64,000 nucleotides of DNA from NCBI GenBank assembly GCA_963809895.1, contig CAWELD010000003.1:960001-1024000 (forward strand). The letters run 5' to 3'. The notes below the pieces were generated by a model. That model was not told the origin of the DNA. It worked only from the letters and a program-made list of their open reading frames with translations, and ran no database searches. Below are positions 1 to 8,897 of the stretch, in pieces (position 1 is the first letter of the stretch; every line of letters begins with the position of its first letter). Position numbers and translations under genes: made by a program. The DNA is from an uncultured Gemmatimonadales bacterium. Lineage in GTDB: Bacteria > Gemmatimonadota > Gemmatimonadetes > Longimicrobiales > Gaopeijiaceae.

Positions 1-263
1 GCATCGGTCGCCTCCAGGCGTCGGTGAAAAGCCTCGGCGCCGTCGGGGAATCCCTCGCCGTCCTGCACGTCCTGATCGTACGACGGGCAGTCGAAGTCGC
101 GCATGTGGGCAAGATCCACGCTGCCACCGTGGCGCTGGATGACCCGGGCCGCCAATGCCGCCAGGCGCGCGTTGAGGGACTCCCGGCGCAAGGAAGCCCC
201 GAGTACCAGATAACGCACCGACTCACGGTGTTCTCGGGACGCATCGGGCGAAGGGACCGTCAT
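1..263 (-). CDS. NADPH-dependent FMN reductase family protein (5' part; runs off the window)
   Basis: Manual translation from ATG 263: MTVPSPDASREHRESVRYLVLGASLRRESLNARLAALAA...DLAHMRDFDCPSYDQD; the 'SLRxxSxN' flavodoxin-fold motif is typical of SsuE/ChrR-type reductases. Not in the ORF track. Confidence 0.8.
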   Translation of the reverse strand, partial: MTVPSPDASREHRESVRYLVLGASLRRESLNARLAALAARVIQRHGGSVDLAHMRDFDCPSYDQDVQDGEGFPDGAEAFHRRLEATD

Positions 264-355
264 GGGATCTCCGGGTCAGATGAAGCGGCGGACAACGGTA
301 GGCGCGGTATCGACCAGCTGTGGAAGCTGCCGAGGATTCAGGGGCTCGAGCACCG

Positions 356-1552
356 TCAACGAAGGCCTGCATCCGGCACCACCACCACGGCGACCGGGGC
401 CCCGCTGAACTCGTCGGCCATCAGTGTGACACCGGACGGGACACCCCACCTGCCGCCGTCGATCCGGATGTTGAAGCGTTGGAGACCCGCCGGGACCTCC
501 ACACTCCAGGAGCCGTCGGGATAGGCGACCATCGCCCGGATCTCCCACCGAGTGAAGTCCCCTCTCACCTCAACGCTCGTCGCGCCCGGGACGTGCACGA
601 AGAGCCGGGCCGGCGAGCGCGAGCTATCGATGCTGGCCACGGCCGGCAGCTCGCTCGCGTCTGCCTCCTTCGCCGCAGACGGGGGGGGCAGCGGGGGCGG
701 AGGACCTTGCTCCCTCCGCGACCCCAGGTCCACGCCGAAGCCGACGCGTACGAAGTGCTCCGGCATGCGGCCGATGACGGGGACTCCAGCGCTCCGCCCA
801 GCATCGATCTCCACGTCCACTCGTTCAGCCAAGGGCACGTCGAGGCGGGCGAACGCCCACGTCCGGTCGGGTGCTTCACCGTTGGAGAAACCGTGGCCGA
901 TGAAACCGGCCAACTCCACGCCAGCGAGATCCACGCTGGCATCGACCTGGAGATCCTGGTGATGGGTTGCACGCAGGAAGCTCAAACGCTGGCGAGAGAT
1001 GAACTCGTACCCTGCGACCTCGATGGTCGTGGCCACTGTGCCATCGCCTCGTTCCACGACGTTGGTCGTGCGGTGGGTGAGGCCGAGCTCGACCGGTCCG
1101 ACATCGAGCCACCCCCTCAGGTCGGCGCCCGTGAATTCGGTGGCGAATTCGTCCAGTGAGGCCCCGCCGGAGCGGCGGGTCGCCGACACGCCCCAATCGG
1201 CTCCGATCAGGGTGAGGGTCAGCGTGTGGTCCCGACGGGCGTCCAGCCCCGCGGATGCTCGCGTACCGCTCCACTCACCTGCAACCAGGAACGAGGGCGA
1301 AAGGCTCACGCCCACCGAACCCCACCCAGCTGCAAAGGTCGAAGCGCCGCCGCCCAGCTGCAGGGTCCCCTCCAACTGAACGCGGTCGAGCCATCCCGCC
1401 CAGCGCGGCGCGATAACAACTCCGGCTCCCCCGAACCCCGCAGGGAACGGAGGGCGAGACCGCACGAGCGTGCGTTGCGCCGCCAACGACGTTGGTAACG
1501 GAAGGGTCGTCGCCAGGAATAGCGCTATCGGAAGCCCTGTCCTGGCCCTCAT
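356..1552 (-). CDS. Secreted, probable outer-membrane beta-barrel protein with C-terminal CBM48/AMPK-type glycogen-binding domain
   Basis: Signal peptide (..SLAAQ), amphipathic beta-strand-rich middle, Pro-rich linker PPPPLPPP, C-terminal VEVRGDFTRW...GSWSVEVPAG...RIDGGRW motif. Confidence 0.7.
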   Translation of the reverse strand: MRARTGLPIALFLATTLPLPTSLAAQRTLVRSRPPFPAGFGGAGVVIAPRWAGWLDRVQLEGTLQLGGGASTFAAGWGSVGVSLSPSFLVAGEWSGTRASAGLDARRDHTLTLTLIGADWGVSATRRSGGASLDEFATEFTGADLRGWLDVGPVELGLTHRTTNVVERGDGTVATTIEVAGYEFISRQRLSFLRATHHQDLQVDASVDLAGVELAGFIGHGFSNGEAPDRTWAFARLDVPLAERVDVEIDAGRSAGVPVIGRMPEHFVRVGFGVDLGSRREQGPPPPLPPPSAAKEADASELPAVASIDSSRSPARLFVHVPGATSVEVRGDFTRWEIRAMVAYPDGSWSVEVPAGLQRFNIRIDGGRWGVPSGVTLMADEFSGAPVAVVVVPDAGLR

Positions 1553-1555
1553 CGC

Positions 1556-2185
1556 CTAGTCCATACCCCCGACTCCTCCCACCTTCATGAGTGCCCCACG
1601 TAATCGTACCTCGGTCGCCCGTGTCGGCGCCAGGCCATCGCGGATATCCCCGTTGATGCTCTCACGGAAGTCCCGCAGGTCCCGGGCATTTGCGCCGGCG
1701 GCACCCAGAGACAGAATCGCATCGCCGGCGGTACCCGTGGGGACGCCCCGACGGATCAGGTCTCCCAGCACGACCAGGGCCATCTCCAACGCATCCGTGT
1801 GCGTCTTCTCGGCCATGGCCTGGAGCAGGTCCCGGTTGGCGCCCGCATAGAGCGCGCCCGCCGCCGCCACCAGCACGTCGTCTCCTCGCTCACGACCCAG
1901 GAGCTCGGCGGCAGTCCCCAGCCGTTCCCTGAGCGACTTCACCGCGCGCACGATCTGCTCGCCCGTGGCACCCTTGCTGCGACCTTCCAGCACCTTCAAC
2001 AACAGGGGGCGGGCGGGGAGCGCGGCGTCGGCGGCGGCCTGTATCTCCGTCTGCAGGGCCGCGGCGGTCGTCGCATCGAGGTCCGCCGGAAGTGCGAGTT
2101 CCTGTGCGGCCAACGGTCCGACCCCGCACACCAGCGCTGCAACGATGGCGAGCAGACCCAGCCCCCGGTGCCACCCCCCGCTCAC
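1556..2185 (-). CDS. Hypothetical secreted alpha-helical protein (209 aa)
   Basis: GTG at 2185 overlaps upstream stop (GTGA); signal peptide ..GPLAAQ; Ala/Leu-rich helical body. Confidence 0.7.
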   Translation of the reverse strand: MSGGWHRGLGLLAIVAALVCGVGPLAAQELALPADLDATTAAALQTEIQAAADAALPARPLLLKVLEGRSKGATGEQIVRAVKSLRERLGTAAELLGRERGDDVLVAAAGALYAGANRDLLQAMAEKTHTDALEMALVVLGDLIRRGVPTGTAGDAILSLGAAGANARDLRDFRESINGDIRDGLAPTRATEVRLRGALMKVGGVGGMD

Positions 2186-2778
2186 GTACCCCTCCCGGGC
2201 ACCACGATCACGGAGCTGGGCCTGCCAAAGTCGTCGTCCGGCGCCTCGGGCGCCGATGCATCGGGCACCCACTCCCGGCCATCCACCACGAAGGAATAGA
2301 CGTGGCGACCCGGTCGGAGCCCGACCTCGACGGTCCACACGCCGTCGCGACGGACCAGGGGCGTGGCACGCACGTCCCATGCGTTGAAGTCGCCGACCAA
2401 TGCCACCGACGTCGCCGTCGGTGCCATGAGCACGAATTGATGCCGGACCAGAGCTCCTGCGCCCGGGGCGGCGTCTCGCCTCCCCGGAGGCGCCTGGAAC
2501 GACGGGACCACCAGGAGCGCCACGATGGACACGGCCCCTGCCCATGCCATTGCCGACAGGGGAGAAAGCCTCAGCCGCGGCCGGGTGAGCCACACCCAGA
2601 TTCGCCCGGCGAAGCCCTCACCCGCCGGACTGCGGACTCGAGACGACCGCGCCTCCACCGAGGCGCGCACCACGGCATCGACCGCACCGGGCCGCCGCTC
2701 GATCGGCTCGCGAAGTTCCGCGATCACACCGTCCAGCCACGCCTCTTCGGGCATCGTCCGGTCGTCGTGATCAGTCAT
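2182..2778 (-). CDS. Single-pass membrane protein with C-terminal CBM48 (isoamylase early-set) domain; putative anti-sigma factor
   Basis: ATG 2778 overlaps the sigma gene end; N-terminal helical region, one TM (AMAWAGAVSIVALLVV), then FVLMAPTATSVALVGDFNAW...GRHVYSFVVDGREWVPD. Confidence 0.75.
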   Translation of the reverse strand: MTDHDDRTMPEEAWLDGVIAELREPIERRPGAVDAVVRASVEARSSRVRSPAGEGFAGRIWVWLTRPRLRLSPLSAMAWAGAVSIVALLVVPSFQAPPGRRDAAPGAGALVRHQFVLMAPTATSVALVGDFNAWDVRATPLVRRDGVWTVEVGLRPGRHVYSFVVDGREWVPDASAPEAPDDDFGRPSSVIVVPGRGT

Positions 2779-3397
2779 GCCCCACCTCGCCGAGCGTTTC
2801 TCGCAGTGAATCTCTCGCACGCGCCACTCGCATCTTCAGTGCCGGCACGCTGGCCCCGGTCAGCTCCGTCATCTCCTGGTAGGTCCATCCCTCGACGAAC
2901 TTCAACAAGAAGGCCTCTCTCAGCTTCTCCGGCAGTGTCGCCATCGCCCGATTCACCGCAGCACTGCGAAAGGGTGTCGGGGCCGGCTGCCGCACCACCA
3001 ATTCCAGCTCCGGAACGGCATCGGACCGGACCTGGCGAGACCGGCGGCGTGTCTCGATCCGCGCCACGGTGCGGCAACGGTTCACCAGAATCCGGAACAA
3101 CCACGCCTTGAAGCGCCCCTGATCCTGGTAGCGGGCCAGGCCACGGTAGACCCTCACGAAGGCCTCCTGTACGGCGTCTTCCGCATCGAAGCGGTCGCCG
3201 AGCATGCGTGTCGCGTATCGGAGGCATGGGTCGTAGTGACGCTCCACCAGCGTGCGGAAAGCTACCTCGTCTCCATCGGCGGCGGCGCCGACCAGTCTCG
3301 CGTCGTCTTCCACGTCCTGTACAACCTCGGGTCGCCCGGAAGGGTCACACTTCGAGCGCTCGTCCGCGGTGCGCAGCGACGGCAGGCGATGGGTCAT
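2771..3397 (-). CDS. ECF RNA polymerase sigma factor (sigma-70 family)
   Basis: Region 2 DAEDAVQEAFVRVY...FKAWLFRILVNRC; region 4 LPEKLREAFLLKFVEGWTYQEM...ALKMRVARAR; start approximate. Confidence 0.92.
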   Translation of the reverse strand: MTHRLPSLRTADERSKCDPSGRPEVVQDVEDDARLVGAAADGDEVAFRTLVERHYDPCLRYATRMLGDRFDAEDAVQEAFVRVYRGLARYQDQGRFKAWLFRILVNRCRTVARIETRRRSRQVRSDAVPELELVVRQPAPTPFRSAAVNRAMATLPEKLREAFLLKFVEGWTYQEMTELTGASVPALKMRVARARDSLRETLGEVGHD

Positions 3398-3487
3398 GTG
3401 ACGCCGTGCTCTCCGTAGGGGTTGTTTGAGTGTGAAGGCCGGCACGGAGTCCGGCGCAGTATCACACCCGCTCGAGAGGTTCGTACG

Positions 3488-5521
3488 ATGAACGGCGTGA
3501 ATGGGTACGGGAGGCGCCTGGCAATGGCGCTGACGGTGGTGGTGGCGAGCCAGGCGGGGTGCAGCGACGGAGTGGCACCGGCGAGCCCGGAGGGCGAGGT
3601 ATCCCTCAGCATCGAGAACGAGGTGATCCGCCTGCTCCCGGGAGAACGGGCGACCCTGGACGTTCGAGGAGACGGTGGGCACCCGGCGACGTTCGGGGTT
3701 CGTGACCCGTCGGTGGCCACGGTGAGCGCGGAAGGCGTCCTGCGAGCCTCCGACCCAGGCATGACCTGGGCGTGGGCCCGCGTGGACTCGGACCAGGACT
3801 CGGTCCGGGTGGTGGTCTCCTTCCCGTCGACCGCCTCAGGGGGCATCGCACTCGCTCTCGGAGCTGATGACGACCCACTGCGCCTCACCGGCGTGTCGCG
3901 ACTCTACCGCACGCTCACCGGCGACGACGCCTACACGGATGTGAGTGCGACCGCTGGCAGCGAACGTGCGCCGGAACTCGAGTTGGAGGACTTCTTCAGC
4001 GGTCGGGATACGTTGGTCGTTCTCCGGGTATCCGGTACGCTGGACGAGGGACTCCGGACGGTCGAACCATGGCAGGTATCCGCGACTGAACAGGGCTACC
4101 TCGACCTCCAGGGGATGGAAGGGGCGATGGTGTGGATTCGGGATCCGGATCAGCCCGACCGGGCAGACCTCTACGTGCCGGTCGGCGATATCCAGCTCGA
4201 GATCGACCGCTCGCGGATTCCGGACGAGATCGGACCTGCCACCGGCGCGCTCACGGGTCGCATGAGCTTCGAGGCCGCGGGCCTCGTCGTAGCAGTCGAC
4301 GAGCAGGGTACGCGGATCGTGGGGCAGGTCGATACGGAGACGACCAGAGTCTTCGCCGAGTTCGATCTGGCGCAGCGGATCCATCCTCTGGGCAGTGTGC
4401 GAGCATCGATCGACGGAGGGCCGCTCCCGGTGGAGGCCGCGACGCTGTCCACGCCGGAGGTCGGGCTGTGGAACGGCGGGCTGCTGATGAATATCGGAGG
4501 TCGAGGCCCGGAGGGTGCCCGGTACTTCACCCAGGTGTGGTCCGGTGCGGCCGGTGAGGGCACCCGGGCAGTCGACCCACTCGACCTGGAAGAGCTCATG
4601 AACGGGAGCGCGTTGGTCGGCTCCCGGGTCTTCGCCTGGACGGAGTCGGGAACCCAGTCCGAACTGCTGGCCGGCGAGACCCTCTCGAACCTGGCTCTGT
4701 CGACGGGAGGCAGCCTCCACGTGACCCACTACGAAGCTCCCGACGCCGACACCTGGGGCCTTCTCGCAGCGGAGATCACCATCGATGAGAAGTTGGTTCT
4801 GGGCGGAGCACCCGACGCGACGCAGAGCGTGACCCTGGACATACTCGCGCCAATCGCACCCCTGTCCGAGACGGTCTACCCGCATCAGCCGACGGCGGTG
4901 GTGAATGGCGATGGCGTGCCGCTGGGCGCGGGCGTGGTCCGCGTGGGGAACGGCCCCCTCCAGCTGCCCGGACGCGCCGTGGAAACCTCGATCACGCCCG
5001 TCGAGGGTGTGGCGGTCACCCTCAGATGGTCCGGTGGATCCGCCACGGCCCGGACCAATGCCCAGGGAGAGTTTCTCTTCACGGGAGTGCAGCCCGGCGA
5101 CTACTACCTCGATGTCGAGCCTCCCCAGGGATACGACTTCGCGTGGCGCCAGAAGGCCACCATGGGACCGTTGAACCTGAGCGCAGATCTTCCCACGTGG
5201 ATTCCCCTGTACCTCTCGGACGCCGCAGGACACGGTGGGCTGGGGTTCCAGTCCGGGATAGCCTCACTCGGTAGCTCGGTCGACGGCCTGGTAGGGCAGG
5301 TACGCCGCGAAGGCACGGCCACGGTGGTGGCAACCCTCACCGGCGGCGACTTCCTACCACAATCCGGTATTGCGCGCACCAAGCTGGAGCCAGGGCGCTA
5401 CGAGGTCGATCTCGCTCCGCCGGCCGGGTACCGCTTGGCAGACGGGCAGTCAGCGACGGTCAGCGTGGAGGTGCACAAGGGCAGGGAGTTCTTCTTCTTC
5501 GTGGGACTGGAGGGCTCGTAG
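3488..5521 (+). CDS. Lipoprotein with Ig-like domain and C-terminal carboxypeptidase-regulatory/prealbumin-like beta-sandwich domains
   Basis: Lipobox QAGC; DPSVATVSAEGVLRA (Big_2-like); TNAQGEFLFTGVQPGDYYLDVEPPQGY. Confidence 0.7.
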   Translation: MNGVNGYGRRLAMALTVVVASQAGCSDGVAPASPEGEVSLSIENEVIRLLPGERATLDVRGDGGHPATFGVRDPSVATVSAEGVLRASDPGMTWAWARVDSDQDSVRVVVSFPSTASGGIALALGADDDPLRLTGVSRLYRTLTGDDAYTDVSATAGSERAPELELEDFFSGRDTLVVLRVSGTLDEGLRTVEPWQVSATEQGYLDLQGMEGAMVWIRDPDQPDRADLYVPVGDIQLEIDRSRIPDEIGPATGALTGRMSFEAAGLVVAVDEQGTRIVGQVDTETTRVFAEFDLAQRIHPLGSVRASIDGGPLPVEAATLSTPEVGLWNGGLLMNIGGRGPEGARYFTQVWSGAAGEGTRAVDPLDLEELMNGSALVGSRVFAWTESGTQSELLAGETLSNLALSTGGSLHVTHYEAPDADTWGLLAAEITIDEKLVLGGAPDATQSVTLDILAPIAPLSETVYPHQPTAVVNGDGVPLGAGVVRVGNGPLQLPGRAVETSITPVEGVAVTLRWSGGSATARTNAQGEFLFTGVQPGDYYLDVEPPQGYDFAWRQKATMGPLNLSADLPTWIPLYLSDAAGHGGLGFQSGIASLGSSVDGLVGQVRREGTATVVATLTGGDFLPQSGIARTKLEPGRYEVDLAPPAGYRLADGQSATVSVEVHKGREFFFFVGLEGS

Positions 5522-5707
5522 GATCCAGCGCTTCGGCGCACATCGGCGACCTGCGTCGGTGACATCGATGGCTCGCGCACGAAGAAGGGGTCCGAGGCGG
5601 TCGCCACGGGGGCGGCCGCCTCGTGCATGTGGGCATGCCGCAGTATGATTCCGCGCCCGACCTCTGTCAGCCGCCATCCGCCCACCTATCGCCTGAACCA
5701 CTCAATC

Positions 5708-7039
5708 ATGCTCCGATCATCGACGCTGATCATCCTCGCCGGCCTTGCGGTTGCCTGGGTGCTGCCGCGGCCCGCCGCCGCCCAGCAGCTCAACGACGAC
5801 GAAGCTCGGCTCTCCGCCTGGGCCGAGGCCCACGCCGATGAAGCCACGTCGCTTCTCCAGCAACTCGTGGACATCAACTCGGGGACCATGAACCACGCGG
5901 GCGTGCACCGGGTGGGAGACGTGCTCCGATCCGAGCTGGACGCCCTGGGCTTCGCCAGCGAGTGGATCGACCTGCCGGCGGAGACCAACCGCGCCGGTCA
6001 CCTGTTCGCGCGCATGGACGGCGACCGGGGCAGGAAGCTCCTCCTCATCGGGCATCTGGACACGGTCTTCGAGGAGGACGATCCCTTCCAGACCTTCCAG
6101 CGCCTGGAAGGCACCTGGGCCAGCGGCCCGGGCATCGACGACATGAAGGCCGGCGACGTGGTCATCGTCTACGCGCTCAAGGCGCTGGCCGATGCGGGGC
6201 TGCTGGAGGGCGCGGGCATCACCGTGGCCTTCAGCGGCGACGAGGAGAGCCCGGGCGAGCCGGTGAGCGTCTCACGGCGCGACATGATCGAGGCCGGCAA
6301 GTGGGCCGACGTGGCGCTGGGCTTCGAGTCCGGCGTGCGCACGGACTCGGCCGAGTGGGCCACCATCGCGCGGCGGAGCGCCAGCGAATGGAAGCTGGAG
6401 GTCACCGGCCGGCAGGCGCATTCCTCGGGGATCTTCAACCCGGGCACGGGTGCCGGAGCCATCTTCGAGGCGGCCCGCATCCTGAACGGGTTCTACGAGG
6501 AGGTGCGGGGCGAGGAGTACCTGACCTTCAACGCCGGCGCGATCCTGGGCGGTACCGACGTCTCCTACGACTTCGAGGAGACCCGGGGGACGGTGTTCGG
6601 CAAGACCAACGTGGTGCCACGCAAGGCGGTGGTGCACGGGGGACTCCGCACTATCTCCAACGACCAGACCGAGCGGGCGAGGAACGCCATGCGCGAGGTC
6701 GTGGCGCGACATCTGCCCCGAACCTCGGCAGAGATCACCTTCAGTGAAGGCTATCCCGCTATGCCGCCCACCGACGGCAACCGCAGCCTCCAGGAAATGC
6801 TGTCGGACATCAACGTGGACCTGGGCCGGGAGCCCATGCCGGCGCTGGATCCCGCGCGCCGCGGGGCGGCCGATATTTCCTTCGTGGCGCCCTACACCGA
6901 CGGCCTCGCAGGTCTGGGCGCCTACGGCTCCGGCGGACACACTCCAGACGAACGCCTGGATCTGAGCTCGCTGCCCCTGGCCATCAAGCGCGCAGCGATA
7001 CTCATCTACCGGCTGACCCGCGAGGGCGCGGTGAGCTGA
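5708..7039 (+). CDS. Secreted M20 family metallopeptidase (carboxypeptidase G2-like)
   Basis: Signal peptide; GHLDTVF, GIDDMKAG, DEE, GRQAHS, GGHTPDE motifs. Confidence 0.9.
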   Translation: MLRSSTLIILAGLAVAWVLPRPAAAQQLNDDEARLSAWAEAHADEATSLLQQLVDINSGTMNHAGVHRVGDVLRSELDALGFASEWIDLPAETNRAGHLFARMDGDRGRKLLLIGHLDTVFEEDDPFQTFQRLEGTWASGPGIDDMKAGDVVIVYALKALADAGLLEGAGITVAFSGDEESPGEPVSVSRRDMIEAGKWADVALGFESGVRTDSAEWATIARRSASEWKLEVTGRQAHSSGIFNPGTGAGAIFEAARILNGFYEEVRGEEYLTFNAGAILGGTDVSYDFEETRGTVFGKTNVVPRKAVVHGGLRTISNDQTERARNAMREVVARHLPRTSAEITFSEGYPAMPPTDGNRSLQEMLSDINVDLGREPMPALDPARRGAADISFVAPYTDGLAGLGAYGSGGHTPDERLDLSSLPLAIKRAAILIYRLTREGAVS

Positions 7040-7049
7040 GGGGAGGCCC

Positions 7050-8831
7050 CTACACGTCCTCACGCAACAGCACCGCCGGGTCGCTGCCCGCGGCGCGCCG
7101 GGCGGGTCCCGCCGCTCCCGCCAACGATGCCGCCAGGAGCAGCCCTCCGAGGGTCACGGCCCACGAGCTCCGCAGGGGCACGCCGCTGCCGGCGGCAGAG
7201 GTGAAGCTCCAGGCCAGAACCCATCCCATGAGCGAGCCCGCCACGGCCGTTCCCGCGGTGCGCCGCATGAGTCGAATGGCCAGCTTCACGGGCCGCGCAC
7301 CCACGGCCGAGCGGACGGCCGCTTCGCGCCAGCGTCCGCGCACCTCCGCGGCCGAAGCCTCGCCGGCGCCCACCAGCGCCAGCACCAACCCGAGCAGGCC
7401 CGCGAACAGCAGGACGCGGCCGGTCCAGCGGAGCGGCGCCCGCACCTGCGAGCGCACCTGACGCACGGTGGCCGCGCGATCCGGTGCGGTGGCCACGGCC
7501 AACTCCGACGGCACCTCCGGCACCTCCGCTGTGCCCTCTACCGGCGGCACGGCCCACACGACCTCGCTGGCCTCGTGCTGCGCCAGGGGCAGATACAGCA
7601 CGGGAGCTCCGGGATCGGCACCGCCGGGGGCCTGGAAGGGCAGGGGGTCCACGACGCCCACCACCGTCACCCAGCGATCGCCGCCCCCGCCCAGCAGGAT
7701 CTTGTGGCCCAGGGGCTCGCCGTTCTCGAAGTGCGCCCGCGCGAACGGAGTGCTCACCAGCGCCACCGGAGGAGCTTCGGCATCGTCGCCGGCCCCGAAC
7801 CCGCGGCCCTCGACCACGGTGAGGCCGGCGCGCTGGATGAACCCCGGTGACACGGCGTGGATCGTGGCGCGCACGCCGTAGATGGGCAGCGGGAGTCCCC
7901 CGTTGGAGCAGTTGCCGCATTGGACCGTGACCAGGTCCTGAACCCCCTGGCCGGTCCACGCCCCGGGGGTGGACAAGCTCTCCGCCGCGGTGCTCCCCAG
8001 GGCGCGTTGGACGCTGCCCCAGTCCACTCCGGCCACCAGCGGACGCAGGGGCACCAGCAGGGTGTCGCCATCCACACCGGCCTCGCCGGACGTCGGACCC
8101 ACCCGGTCCGCGCCCAGCGTCGCCCCGGTGAGGACCAGCGAGAAGGCGGCGGCCATCTGAAGCGTGGCCGCGGCTCGGCGCACGGTGCCTGCCCGGGGAT
8201 CGTCGGTGCTGCCGCGTCCGGTGCGGAGCAGCGCGGGCCCTCGCCCCTCGATACCGAAGGCCGGGGACGCCAGGGCCAGCGCCACCGGCACCACGAGCGC
8301 CAGTGCGAGCAGCGGCAGGAGCACCGAGGGGCGGGCGCCGTGGCCGTCGACGGGCCAGGACGCCCATAGCACCGCGGCCGCCAGCACGCCGAGACCCGCC
8401 CCGACCAGGAGCGACCGCACCATGCCGCCGCGCCCACGGCTCAGGAGCCAGCGGGCCAGTCCGCGGGGCGAGGCGCCGGTCGCCCAGCGCACCGCCAGTC
8501 CAGGCCGAACGGCTTCGCGCTCCCCGAGCAGCCGAAGCAGCGCCGTGAACAGCGCCAGGATCCCCAGGGCGGACAGCGCCGCGGCGGCCACGCGGACGCG
8601 GTCGCTCAACGCCGCCGCCGCCAGCTCGTTTACCGTGGTCACGGTGGATCCCCACGCCTCTCCCCACGCCGGAGGCGCCTGAGAGGGAAGGGGCAGCACG
8701 GAGGCGATACGTCCGAGCCCGGGAGCCACCAGGATCCCCACCGCCAGCGTCCCCCCGACGGCCACCGCCAACGCCCAGCGGGTCATGCGGGGGAGGGTCC
8801 CCGCTACCCGTCTCCTCGCTTTCCCGGACAT
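7050..8831 (-). CDS. MacB/FtsX-family (ADOP-like) ABC permease, divergent
   Basis: Strong SD (AGAGGAGGAGG) before ATG 8831; VSPGF..LTVVEGRGF, VALVS, WVTVVGVV, PARRAAGSDPAVLLRE; two FtsX-type TM blocks. Confidence 0.8.
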   Translation of the reverse strand: MSGKARRRVAGTLPRMTRWALAVAVGGTLAVGILVAPGLGRIASVLPLPSQAPPAWGEAWGSTVTTVNELAAAALSDRVRVAAAALSALGILALFTALLRLLGEREAVRPGLAVRWATGASPRGLARWLLSRGRGGMVRSLLVGAGLGVLAAAVLWASWPVDGHGARPSVLLPLLALALVVPVALALASPAFGIEGRGPALLRTGRGSTDDPRAGTVRRAAATLQMAAAFSLVLTGATLGADRVGPTSGEAGVDGDTLLVPLRPLVAGVDWGSVQRALGSTAAESLSTPGAWTGQGVQDLVTVQCGNCSNGGLPLPIYGVRATIHAVSPGFIQRAGLTVVEGRGFGAGDDAEAPPVALVSTPFARAHFENGEPLGHKILLGGGGDRWVTVVGVVDPLPFQAPGGADPGAPVLYLPLAQHEASEVVWAVPPVEGTAEVPEVPSELAVATAPDRAATVRQVRSQVRAPLRWTGRVLLFAGLLGLVLALVGAGEASAAEVRGRWREAAVRSAVGARPVKLAIRLMRRTAGTAVAGSLMGWVLAWSFTSAAGSGVPLRSSWAVTLGGLLLAASLAGAAGPARRAAGSDPAVLLREDV

Positions 8832-8897
8832 CCCTCCTCCTCTACCTTGGCGCGTCGACACAGAATCCGATTTCGGGTCCCGCTTCCCGAGGTGAAG

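Noticed and set aside
5590..5625. GC-rich hairpin as possible ncRNA or riboswitch
   Set aside because: Simple stem after a stop codon with no recognisable aptamer; probably a terminator-like or stabilising hairpin
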